From Trueperaceae bacterium (GTDB taxonomy: Bacteria > Deinococcota > Deinococci > Deinococcales > Trueperaceae): 64,000 bases of DNA. The stretch covers positions 2,784,001-2,848,000 of the forward strand of contig OZ243927.1 in NCBI GenBank assembly GCA_965213925.1, written 5' to 3'. Under the pieces are notes generated by a model. It was not told the DNA's origin. It saw only the letters and a list, made by a program, of their open reading frames with translations, and did no database searches. Shown here piece by piece: positions 29,861-39,086 of this stretch. The translations under genes and the position numbers were made by a program. Each line of letters begins with the position of its first letter. Position 1 is the first letter of the stretch.

Positions 29861-30783
29861 TATTTCAGTCCACTAAACTGCAACGAATTCACCACTTGTC
29901 GCCCCAACACGATGAGCAGGATGAACACGGGGATGATGCTCAAAAACGTGCCCGCCATGAGCCCCGTCCAGTCGGGTGCGCCCTGCGGCGTCTGGGTGCG
30001 GAAAAATTGCAAGGCGACGGTTAAGACGCGCACGCTGTCGTCCTTGCCAACCAAGAAGGGCCAGAAGAACTCGTTCCACATCTGAATGCTCGTCAAGATA
30101 ATGAGCGTGATGATCGGTGTGCGGCTCATGGGTAAGATGATGCGCCAGAAGATACCGAAGGGTGACGCGCCGTCCAAGCGAGCTGCCTCCTCGAAGGCGG
30201 CGGGAATCCCTAAAAAGAACTGCCTGAGGAAGAAGACCGCGAAGGGCGACATCAGGAAGAAGGGCGCAACCATGCCCGCGTAGGTGTCGAGCCAGCCCAG
30301 GTTGCGAATCAGGATGAAGTTGGGGATGAAAAGCACGATGGCGGGCACCATCAGCGCGGAGAGGTACAATAAGAAAATCGCGTTGCGCCCCGGAAACTTG
30401 AGCCGCGCAAAGGCGTACGCTGCCATCGCGCTGAAAAAGGTCTGCCCGAGGACGATGAGCGTTGTAAACACCACCGAGTTACCCATCGCCCGCAAGAAAT
30501 TGATGTTGCCGCTGCTGCCCCCCGCCGCCACGCTCTCCTCCGCGCTGACGAAGCCCAGGACCCGGCGAAAGTTAAATAGGGTCGGGTCACCGGGAAACAG
30601 CTCGCCGACGCTCCCGAAAAGGGCGCGTTGCGGCGTCAAGGCGGTTTTGAAGACGATGAAAATCGGAAAGAGGGTGAGCGCAATCAAAAAGATGAGGAGC
30701 GCCCAGGTGAGAATGCGTCCGACACTCCACTTGCGGTCACTGACGGTATTTGAAGTGGCTGTTTTTGAGGTTGCTGTTGCCAT
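29860..30783 (-). CDS. Carbohydrate ABC permease
   Basis: EEAARLDGA and WNEFFWP motifs. Confidence 0.92.
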   Translation of the reverse strand: MATATSKTATSNTVSDRKWSVGRILTWALLIFLIALTLFPIFIVFKTALTPQRALFGSVGELFPGDPTLFNFRRVLGFVSAEESVAAGGSSGNINFLRAMGNSVVFTTLIVLGQTFFSAMAAYAFARLKFPGRNAIFLLYLSALMVPAIVLFIPNFILIRNLGWLDTYAGMVAPFFLMSPFAVFFLRQFFLGIPAAFEEAARLDGASPFGIFWRIILPMSRTPIITLIILTSIQMWNEFFWPFLVGKDDSVRVLTVALQFFRTQTPQGAPDWTGLMAGTFLSIIPVFILLIVLGRQVVNSLQFSGLK

Positions 30784-30807
30784 CTCTATCTCCTTACGCT
30801 CGAGTTG

Positions 30808-31737
30808 TTAAGCAAGGTCCGACGAGTCGCCGCGCAAAAAGCGCATCTGAAGAAGCGTCACCGCGATGAGCAGCAGGAATAGCACCACAGACATCGCCGT
30901 GGCGTAGCCCATCCTGAAGAACTCGAAGGCGTTTTGATAGATGTAGTAAACCAAGACCCGCGTCGCGTCGACCGGACCACCCTGCGTCGTGACGGCGACG
31001 GTGTCAAAAATCTGGAACGAGCCGACCAAGGCTGTGACCAGCACGAAGATCATGATGGGGCGTAAGAGGGGCAACGTGATGTTGCGAAACATGCGCCACT
31101 CGCCCGCGCCGTCGATGGTGGCGGCTTCGTAGAGCGATTTAGGGATGCTCTGAATCCCGGCGTAAAAGAGCAGCGCGTTAAAGCCCATGTGCCGCCAGAT
31201 ATTGATGCCTGCGATCGTAGGCAGCGCCTGCTCCACCGAGCCGAAGAAGGGCTGACGCCCGATGCCGATGTTGGTCAGGAGCGCGTTACCCCAACCCAAA
31301 AGCGGGTCCAACATCCAGAGCCAGATGAGCGCGACGATGACGTTGGAGAGAAGATAGGGAAGCACAAACACACCGCGCACGAAGATAGATTTGGCGACGC
31401 GGTCCATCACCACGGCGATAAAGAGTCCTAGTGCGGTCTGCAAAGGGATGTTGTAGAGCACGTAGAGCCAGGTGACGCCCATCGCGTTCCAGAAGTCACC
31501 GTCGCTAAAGAGTTCGCGGTAGTTCTCGAAGCCTACCGCTTCGGGTGGGCGCAAGAGGTTCCACTCGGTGAAGCTGATCTGCACCGCTCTGATGGAGGGG
31601 ATCGCGAAGAAGACCGCGAACCCGATGAGGCTCGGCAAAATAAAGAGGTACGCCGTGAGCGCTTCTTGACTGGTGAACTTGCTCATGAACGAAGGCTCGT
31701 CTCGTTTAGCGGGCGTAGGGGCGGCTCTGGTGCTCAC
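30808..31737 (-). CDS. Carbohydrate ABC permease
   Basis: LYEAATIDGA; GTG at 31737 with AGGAGG RBS. Confidence 0.92.
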   Translation of the reverse strand: MSTRAAPTPAKRDEPSFMSKFTSQEALTAYLFILPSLIGFAVFFAIPSIRAVQISFTEWNLLRPPEAVGFENYRELFSDGDFWNAMGVTWLYVLYNIPLQTALGLFIAVVMDRVAKSIFVRGVFVLPYLLSNVIVALIWLWMLDPLLGWGNALLTNIGIGRQPFFGSVEQALPTIAGINIWRHMGFNALLFYAGIQSIPKSLYEAATIDGAGEWRMFRNITLPLLRPIMIFVLVTALVGSFQIFDTVAVTTQGGPVDATRVLVYYIYQNAFEFFRMGYATAMSVVLFLLLIAVTLLQMRFLRGDSSDLA

Positions 31738-31830
31738 ATCTCTCCTCCTAAGTGACCAGCATTTCTCGGGCAGTACGGTACCCAAGAATATCGACCTTCT
31801 CGCGAATACAAACTCGGCTGAAAGCTGTTA

Positions 31831-31876
31831 ATAAAGCGTGTTAGTAAATGTACGAGTCTCTACCGCATTTTGTCAA
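31831..31876 (-). promoter_or_regulatory. Promoter TTGACA-18-TACATT with an adjacent putative LacI operator (31831-31844)
   Basis: Read on the minus strand; the operator CTAACACGCTTTAT begins just downstream of the -10. Confidence 0.65.
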
Positions 31877-31963
31877 CCCTCGAGCCTTCGTACAGGTCCT
31901 TATACGGAATTGCACAGTTTACTTACCCTAACTGAGAGCGCTAGAGCTTACTATCACAGATAG

Positions 31964-31994
31964 GCATGACTTTGTTTTGCAAACAAAGTCATGC
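31964..31994. repeat. Perfect 14-bp inverted repeat
   Basis: GCATGACTTTGTTT-TGC-AAACAAAGTCATGC in the divergent ABC/galK intergenic region. Confidence 0.7.
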
Positions 31995-32145
31995 AACCTC
32001 GTATAATACAAGGAAAATAGGGGCGTAGCTGCGGTACTACGCCCTTCAAATGCTATAAAGAACGTACTTTTAGCTGTTTTTGAGGAGTATTGATGCACTT
32101 TATTGATTTACGAACAACGTTACCTACTGACTCGAGCCTAGCCCT

Positions 32146-33279
32146 ATGAGCAGCCCCAAAGAACGAGTCCTCGAAACCTTCCAAACGCGCTATGACGCCG
32201 AGCCCGCCTTCTTGGTCCGCGCCCCTGGCCGCGTCAACTTTATTGGCGAACACACCGACTACAACGGCGGCTTCGTTTTACCGCTCGCGATTGACCGAGC
32301 GGTGTGGCTAGCGCTAAGACCACGTGAAGACTCGAGGGTTGAAGTTCATTCGCTCGAGTTCGGCAAAACGCGCAGCTTTAACCTGAACGGCTTCGGCAAA
32401 GGCGAGGGGTGGTTGGAATACCTCAAAGGCACCGCGTGGGCGCTAAAAGGCGCGGGCTATGACCTTGAGGGCTGGGAGGGAGTTAGCGGGGGTGATGTGC
32501 CGCGCGGCTCCGGGCTCTCCTCGTCGGCAGCTTTAGAACTCGCCACCGCGCGGGCGTTCGCCGCTGTTTCTGACCTTCCTTGGGACGCGGTGAAGATGGC
32601 AAAGCTCGCCCAGAAAGCCGAAAACGACTGGGTGGGCGTGAGCTGCGGCATCATGGATCAGCTCGCGTCGGCGGCGGGACGCGAAGGGCACGCCCTCCTG
32701 ATCGACTGCCGCTCTTTAGAGATCGAGGCCGTGCCCCTACCCGAGAACACTGCCGTTGTCGTTCTCAACACCACTGAGCAGCGCGGGCTGGTCGACTCGG
32801 CGTACAACGAGCGCCGTCAACAATGCGAGGAAGCGGCGCGGGCGTTCGGGGTAGAGGCGTTACGGGATGTGAGCATAGAGAGGTTCGAAGCAGAGGCGAA
32901 TAAACTCGAGGAGGTCACGAAGAAGCGGGCAAAACACGTGATAAGTGAAAACGCGCGGACGCTTAGAGCGGCGGACGCGATGAAACGTGGGAACGCAGCC
33001 GTGTTGGGCACACTGATAAACGAGAGCCACGCAAGTCTGAGAGATGACTTTGAGGTCTCGAGTGACGCGCTTGACGCGGTGGTCGAATGTGCGCTACAGG
33101 CAGGCTGCTACGGCGCACGCATGACCGGCGCGGGCTTCGGGGGCTGCGCCGTGGCGCTCGTGGCGCAAGAAGAGGTCGACGCCTTTGTTCAAGAGGTCGC
33201 GCCCTGCTACGAGGAGAAAACAGGGCGCAACGCGGAAATCTACGTTTGTCACGCCACGGAGGGCGCGGCGGTCGTCTAG
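32146..33279 (+). CDS. galK: Galactokinase
   Basis: APGRVN.IGEHTDYN, GSGLSSSAALE, CGIMDQ and GARMTGAGFGGC motifs. Confidence 0.96.
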   Translation: MSSPKERVLETFQTRYDAEPAFLVRAPGRVNFIGEHTDYNGGFVLPLAIDRAVWLALRPREDSRVEVHSLEFGKTRSFNLNGFGKGEGWLEYLKGTAWALKGAGYDLEGWEGVSGGDVPRGSGLSSSAALELATARAFAAVSDLPWDAVKMAKLAQKAENDWVGVSCGIMDQLASAAGREGHALLIDCRSLEIEAVPLPENTAVVVLNTTEQRGLVDSAYNERRQQCEEAARAFGVEALRDVSIERFEAEANKLEEVTKKRAKHVISENARTLRAADAMKRGNAAVLGTLINESHASLRDDFEVSSDALDAVVECALQAGCYGARMTGAGFGGCAVALVAQEEVDAFVQEVAPCYEEKTGRNAEIYVCHATEGAAVV

Positions 33280-33429
33280 CTAACTGCCGTCTTCGTCATC
33301 GCCACCACGCCAGAGAAGAAAGTAGAGGATCACGGCGATGATGGCTAGAACCGCCGCCACCTCGACGAAGAGGAGCAGCTTTTCCCAGATGGACAGGTCG
33401 GGAATGGCTGAAAAGCTTTCGGGAATCAT
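33280..33429 (-). CDS. Small single-TM protein (49 aa)
   Basis: AAAGGAG RBS before ATG 33429; one hydrophobic helix. Confidence 0.55.
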   Translation of the reverse strand: MIPESFSAIPDLSIWEKLLLFVEVAAVLAIIAVILYFLLWRGGDDEDGS

Positions 33430-33564
33430 GCGAAGACTCCTTTGTGCTTTGAGATTTATGCCTTGAGACTGATGAACCGGCTTCAAAAGTAGAGGGTTGG
33501 CTGCTAGGTGTTCGCCAACACCTCTCTAAAACGCTACGCCACGCATCTTTATATATGAGACGCA

Positions 33565-33930
33565 CTACAACATATCCGCCCGCCTACTCTGCGTTACGGT
33601 AGGAGAGGGCTCTTTCTCGTCTCGGTTGCGCAACAATTCTATGAGGAACACCTGTGCGACGCCAAAGCTCAGCGCGCTTATAAACCAGTTGATCCAGCGG
33701 AGCGGGTTGTCCACGTTTTGCCGCAAATTGATCGTAATGACCGCCGGACGAAAGCCCCACCGCGTGATGAAGTAAACCGCACCGAAGGCGAAGACGACGC
33801 TGAAGATACTCATGATGAGGCGCGAACCGAGCCAAGCGTCAGGGACCCACCGTTTGCCGAAGCGGTTGACGAGGAAAAAGGTGATGAAGGATATGAGTAG
33901 AAAGATAAGTGTAGTGACAAAAACGTTCAT
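33565..33930 (-). CDS. Hypothetical 3-TM membrane protein
   Basis: GAGGAGG RBS before ATG 33930; hydrophobic segments. Confidence 0.65.
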   Translation of the reverse strand: MNVFVTTLIFLLISFITFFLVNRFGKRWVPDAWLGSRLIMSIFSVVFAFGAVYFITRWGFRPAVITINLRQNVDNPLRWINWFISALSFGVAQVFLIELLRNRDEKEPSPTVTQSRRADML

Positions 33931-34107
33931 GCTGAGCACCTCCTCGATGCTATTGGACGCGAATGCGGACGTTGATAACTGAGAATACGGAGCGAACGGT
34001 AGGGTTGGGCGGCTCTCATTCTCCACCCTCCGCTTCTCCGTAGGGAACAACACTCCTACACGTTACTGCGTTCTCCATGCCTAGCGGCGACGTGATGCAG
34101 GTCAAGT

Positions 34108-36927
34108 TCATGAGTCACCCCGACTCGGCTGTAAAACCTCCGACTCCGAGGTTTCCGCGTCCGGCACCGGACGCCCGAGCCACCACACGCTGAGGCGCGT
34201 GATGATGAGCACGCCCAGCCCGAGCAGGGACGCTTTGAACCAGGCAAAGCTGTCAATAGGCGCAGAGCCGAACACGGCGTTCATACCGGGCAGGTAGATA
34301 AACGCCAGTTGCAGCGCGGCGAGCACGCCGACGCTCAAGATTACCCAGGGGTTGCGTCGCTCGGACAGGCTCAGGGGCCTAGTGGGCGCGCGGATCGCGA
34401 AGAGGTAGGCGAGCTGCGCCAAGACGATACCCGTGACAGTGAGCGTCTGTATTCGGGCGAGCGTGCGTTCCGGGGAGACACTGTCGGCTAGCGCGTCGGC
34501 CAAGCCGAGATAGCTTAGAATAAGCGTACCGACAGTGAGTAAAACGCTCATCAGGGCGATAAGGGTGAGGTTGGAGCGGCTCAAGAGGGCACTTTGGCGC
34601 GAGCCGAGCGGCGTGGGGATGGACTCGAGCGCCAGCGGCAACCCCAGCAAGAGGTTGGCGACCAGGTGAACCCAGAGCGCTTGGGTGGGCAAGAGCGGCA
34701 AGAGCGTGCCGTCTCCTAGTAAAAGGGCGTAGCCCGTGCTGACCGCCAAGATCGCGAGCAGCGCGATGTTGACGGGCAGCGCAAAGGTCAGGAGCCGCGT
34801 GACGGCGGTGCGCACCTTGCCGCCCTCTTGCAGGGCGGTCAAAAGCCCCCCGATATTGTCGTCCGCTAGCACCACGTCCGCGACCTCTTTCGCCACGGAC
34901 GTACCCGACACGCCCATCGAAACGCCCACGTCGGCTTGTTTCAGTGCGGGCGCGTCGTTGACGCCGTCCCCTGGCACCGCGACGACGTGACCGTCCGCCT
35001 GGAGCGCCTTGACAAGGTCCACCTTCTGCTCCGGCGTGACTCTAGCAAAAACGTCGTGGTCGCGAACGGCTTGCGCAAACTGTTTATCTGAAAGCGCCGC
35101 TAGTTCTTCGCCCGTGATGACCTCGTCGTCCTCTCTAAGAAGCCCCAAATCTTGCCCGGTCAGCCGCGCGGTGGCGGCGTGGTCGCCCGTGATCATCTTG
35201 ACGGCGAGCCCCGCTTTTCGGCACACGTGCAGCGTCGAGCGCGCCTCGGTGCGCACCGGGTCCACGACGCCGATAAGCCCTAAAAAGGTAAAGCCGTCCT
35301 CGACGTCGCTGGTGACGAGCCGCTCGGCAGGTTCGGGCGTACGGCGCTCCGCCAGGGCGATCACGCGCAAGCCTCGCGCCGCCCACGTTTCCGCCTCGCG
35401 GCGGATGCGCGCTACGTCGAGGTCGTGTCCGTCGCTCTGGACCACGCAGCGCGGCAGAACCTCGCCTGGGTCGCCGCGCAAGGAGATGAGCCCGTACCCG
35501 GCGGGCGTGCCGTGCGAGCTGGCGGTAAAACCGCGCCACGTCTTGAAAGGAAGCGTGTCGAGTCGCGGGTAGCTCTCGCGGAGGCGGTCCGCGTTGAGGC
35601 CGAGCTTATAGCCCGCCACGACGAGCGCCCCTTCGACGGGGTCGCCTGCAATAAACCAGCCGAGCCTATCGCGTTGGAGTTTGGCGTCGCTCGAGATCAC
35701 CCCCACCTTGAGCAAGTCTTCGCCGTTCGAGGAGAGCAGCCGGACCTGTTCGTCGTCAAAGCTGAGTAGTTGTCCTTCGGGCGCATACCCCTGACCGCTC
35801 AGGTGAAAGGGCAAGGGCGGCGTCCAGAGCGAGGTCGCGGTCATCTCGTTATGAGTGAGCGCCCCCGTCTTATTCGCCAGAATCGCCGTGACGCCGCCTA
35901 AAGTTTCCGTCGCCGCAAGGTGACGCAGCGCGACGCGGTGCGCGATCAAGCGCCAAATCCCGGCGGCGAGCGCGACGGTGACGAGAATCGGCAGACCAAC
36001 CGGCGCAGCCCCCACCGCAATCGCTGAAACGGTGAGTTTAATCTCTGCGAAGGTGAAGTCGCGCCAGACGCCGCCTAGAGCGACTAACGAGGCGAGAACG
36101 GCGATGGCGATTGTCAGCGCCCAACCGATGCGGTTAAAGGTCTTCGAGAAGGGCGGCGCGTCGTGCTTGATGCGCTGAATGAGCCCCGCTAGGTGTCCCA
36201 GTTCCGTCGCCATACCCGTCGCCACGACGATGCCCGCTGCGCCGCCGCTACTCACGTAGGTACCGCTATGGAGCATGCTGTGGCGGTCGCCTACACCGAC
36301 CTCTTCGGGTGTGGGGTCGGCGTGCTTGTCGACGGGCAGCGATTCGCCTGTCAAGGCGGACTGTTTGACGCGCAGGTTGTAGGAGCTTAAGAGGCGCAAA
36401 TCGGCGGGCACCCAAGCGTCCGCCTCTAAGGTCACGATGTCGCCCGGTACGAGGTCTTCAGCCGGAACGGAGAGCTTCTGCCCGCCGCGCAAAACCGTCG
36501 CCTCGTCCGGCACGATCTTAATGAGCGCGTCGAAGGAGCGGTTCGCCCGGTACGCCTGTACGAGCCCGATAGCGAGGTTGATGCTGACCGCGACAAGGAG
36601 CACCACGCCGTCTAGGACGAGCCCGAGCCAAAAAGCTAAGACGCTCGCCACTAAAAGAACGTAGTTGAGCGGGTTGCGAAACTGACGGCGCAAGAGGTGA
36701 GTAAAAGTCTCCCCTTCGATGCGCGTCAACGCATTTGCGCCCTCCTTATTGAGCCGCTTTTTCGCCTCTTCGCTACTTAGCCCCGCCTCACTACTATTAA
36801 GTAGCGCCAACGCTTGCCGCCCTGAGAGCGCGTGCCAGGGGTACTGGGTTTGCTTGCCTTGCGCACCTTCTCGGTTGTCCTGAGCTTGCCCTCGAGCTTG
36901 ACCTCGAGCTTTTTGGTCGTCAGACAT
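34108..36927 (-). CDS. P-type (P2A-like) cation ATPase homolog lacking the catalytic Asp
   Basis: TGES, MITGDH and GDGVNDAPALKQAD are present, but NKTGA replaces DKTGT and PVGL replaces PEGL. Confidence 0.88.
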   Translation of the reverse strand: MSDDQKARGQARGQAQDNREGAQGKQTQYPWHALSGRQALALLNSSEAGLSSEEAKKRLNKEGANALTRIEGETFTHLLRRQFRNPLNYVLLVASVLAFWLGLVLDGVVLLVAVSINLAIGLVQAYRANRSFDALIKIVPDEATVLRGGQKLSVPAEDLVPGDIVTLEADAWVPADLRLLSSYNLRVKQSALTGESLPVDKHADPTPEEVGVGDRHSMLHSGTYVSSGGAAGIVVATGMATELGHLAGLIQRIKHDAPPFSKTFNRIGWALTIAIAVLASLVALGGVWRDFTFAEIKLTVSAIAVGAAPVGLPILVTVALAAGIWRLIAHRVALRHLAATETLGGVTAILANKTGALTHNEMTATSLWTPPLPFHLSGQGYAPEGQLLSFDDEQVRLLSSNGEDLLKVGVISSDAKLQRDRLGWFIAGDPVEGALVVAGYKLGLNADRLRESYPRLDTLPFKTWRGFTASSHGTPAGYGLISLRGDPGEVLPRCVVQSDGHDLDVARIRREAETWAARGLRVIALAERRTPEPAERLVTSDVEDGFTFLGLIGVVDPVRTEARSTLHVCRKAGLAVKMITGDHAATARLTGQDLGLLREDDEVITGEELAALSDKQFAQAVRDHDVFARVTPEQKVDLVKALQADGHVVAVPGDGVNDAPALKQADVGVSMGVSGTSVAKEVADVVLADDNIGGLLTALQEGGKVRTAVTRLLTFALPVNIALLAILAVSTGYALLLGDGTLLPLLPTQALWVHLVANLLLGLPLALESIPTPLGSRQSALLSRSNLTLIALMSVLLTVGTLILSYLGLADALADSVSPERTLARIQTLTVTGIVLAQLAYLFAIRAPTRPLSLSERRNPWVILSVGVLAALQLAFIYLPGMNAVFGSAPIDSFAWFKASLLGLGVLIITRLSVWWLGRPVPDAETSESEVLQPSRGDS

Positions 36928-36995
36928 ACCGCTCCTTTCTCTTAGGCATTTTAGCCCCTCGCCGGGAGGACGCGCCGTCCACGCTAGGTGCCGCC

Positions 36996-37550
36996 CTATT
37001 CGTGGGCTTCATGACCTCCACCTTCATGACCGCCGCTATGGTGGCTCAGATAGATCGCGCCGCCCATTGCCAAGATGCCCAGGCTTAAGAGGAGCAAGTC
37101 GAGGGTGGTGTCGTAGTCGAGCCCCAACGCCTGCTGCAAAAACTTCACCACTAAAATAAGTACGATAACCCGAGCCAAGCGTCCTTTAAGCCCTTCAAAC
37201 GAGTTAATATCTAGTATACGACTTGCTACCTCGGTCCCTTCGGCGCTCCGGACGTTACCGATAAACTGCCGGTAGAGCCCGAGCGTAAAGATGAAGAGCG
37301 CCGAGGCGATGAGGTACCCGTCGATAACGCCCACCACACCGCTAATCATCTGCGCGCGAAAGTCGGTGCGCGCCTCTAAGTCGAGCGACGCGTCGACGTA
37401 ACCCGAGACGCGCAAGGTGAGGTAAAAGGCGTCCACCGTCGTAATAAAGAGCATCAGTAGCCACATGAAGAAACTCGCGATGACCGCGACGAGCGTGAGA
37501 ACGCGGCTCTGCCAGAGCGCCGCTTCGAAAACGTAACCGATAACTTTCAT
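36996..37550 (-). CDS. YqhA (UPF0114) family membrane protein
   Basis: LWQSR..IDGYLI..LFIF.LGLY..FI..L.I.S...LK.RL. Confidence 0.8.
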   Translation of the reverse strand: MKVIGYVFEAALWQSRVLTLVAVIASFFMWLLMLFITTVDAFYLTLRVSGYVDASLDLEARTDFRAQMISGVVGVIDGYLIASALFIFTLGLYRQFIGNVRSAEGTEVASRILDINSFEGLKGRLARVIVLILVVKFLQQALGLDYDTTLDLLLLSLGILAMGGAIYLSHHSGGHEGGGHEAHE

Positions 37551-38183
37551 GTACTATACCTTTTCTAACATCCATGTTTGAAAGAACATGTTGACAATTG
37601 CTGTACAGTTGGTTTTGCGCGCTCGAGCCGAAAGACGAAACGCATTGAAGGTGCAGTCGGGGCGAATAAAGTGGTGCATCCTCTCTCCTCATTGATAGTA
37701 CAAGGGTGACACTTGCGTGAGACACCTCGAGAAGACCATGACAAAACAGGTCACCAAACAGGCTTATTGTGTCACACATTCGAAGGGGGTTGTTTCGGAC
37801 GGTATAAAGTCAACTTTGAAAGGTCAGCGAAGTCCGCGCAAGACGAACGTTGACTCGGCTGAGCCGCGGGCTCTACACAAGACTACAGATTGTTTTAGAG
37901 CGTTGCAGAAGATGCCCGAAGCCTGACCTTATGGGTAGGATCGCAGCTCCTCGGCGTGGTTCCACCCGAGCGCGTCGCGGGCCACCAAAGACGAACGAAT
38001 AGGGACGCAGCAGATACAGGCGTTCAAAGGAGACATCGTGTAAAAAGTATAGCCGAGCTATCTGCTCAAGGTTGTCTTGTAAGATAGGGTAAACGGGCGT
38101 GAGGCGCGGCCAGAAGAGATATACGCTGCAGCGCTACGGTTTGGCGCGAGCCCTTCCCTTTTCGATTTGGGGTAGTCTAGGCT

Positions 38184-38474
38184 ATGCGAAGCGGCTACAG
38201 CGTCGAACAGGTCTTTTTGAGACTGCGCGGCGGCTCGGTGAAAGTAGAACTCGTTTTGGTCGCCCCGAGTGGCGCGCTCAAGCACGACACGCTGAGCTTT
38301 CCGACCCGCAGCGAATTAGAAGCGACGAAGCGCAGCGCGGCGCATCTAGCCGCCAGAGGCGACGTAGACAGCACGAGCGGCGTGAGGGTTCGCGTCGAGC
38401 GGCGCGGCGCGCTAAAAGACGAAAAGTCACTCCGAAAGCTCTTTACAGAAACCTTTGAAGACGAATTAGGGTGA
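38184..38474 (+). CDS. Hypothetical protein
   Basis: 96-aa ORF with protein-like composition, convergent with the SCP2 gene. Confidence 0.55.
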   Translation: MRSGYSVEQVFLRLRGGSVKVELVLVAPSGALKHDTLSFPTRSELEATKRSAAHLAARGDVDSTSGVRVRVERRGALKDEKSLRKLFTETFEDELG

Positions 38475-38813
38475 AGCCTGGGGGCTTTCCCCGTTTCGCG
38501 CAAGCTTCTCACGGTCTACTAGGCTGACAAGCTGCTGCGCCAACGCTATGTTCCCCTGCACCTTGAGCTTGCCGCCCATAAATGCCGCCAGCCCGTTCAG
38601 CTCACCTGTAACGAGCTTCACGAGGTCTTCCCCGCTGATTCTGACGGTTACGTCGGGGTTCTCCGCTCGCCCGTCGTGGACCTCCATCACACCCCCATCC
38701 ACGGTGTGATAGACGGGCTCTTCGGTATCGAACTGCACGGACGCTTTCAATTCTTTCGCGGCGTCGCTGTCGAAGGCGCGGGGCAGGTTGTAGAGCATCT
38801 CTTTGGCAGTCAT
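38466..38813 (-). CDS. SCP2 sterol/lipid-binding domain protein
   Basis: PDVTV..L..GELN...AFMGGKLKVQGN motif. Confidence 0.88.
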   Translation of the reverse strand: MTAKEMLYNLPRAFDSDAAKELKASVQFDTEEPVYHTVDGGVMEVHDGRAENPDVTVRISGEDLVKLVTGELNGLAAFMGGKLKVQGNIALAQQLVSLVDREKLARNGESPQASP

Positions 38814-38870
38814 GGTGGATTATAGCGGACGCCTCAAACACATAACTTGTGCGGGTGTAGCTTTTTTGGG

Positions 38871-38991
38871 AGCAATGAGTTGAAAGCAATCCAGTCGAGC
38901 TGGTGTACGTAAGTCCTCACGTAGTGAACGAACGGTGAGCAATGAGTAAAAAACAAAAGCCTTCTACTTTCAACTCATTGCTCGTTGCTGC
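38871..38991. repeat. GCAATGA-heptamer palindromic element with a nested 46-bp module (38891-38936)
   Basis: Homologous to 17151-17283, including the insert. Confidence 0.8.
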
Positions 38992-39086
38992 TTTTTTTGT
39001 ACGTGCATAGTGGGGCTCGAGCCCAGCTCAAACGTCCGCGCCGTATACTGAGGAGATGACTCTTTTCAGTTTGGGACGCCTTTAAG

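Noticed and set aside
37550..38180. Long intergenic region as an ncRNA or riboswitch
   Set aside because: No recognisable conserved motif; an Rfam search would be needed.
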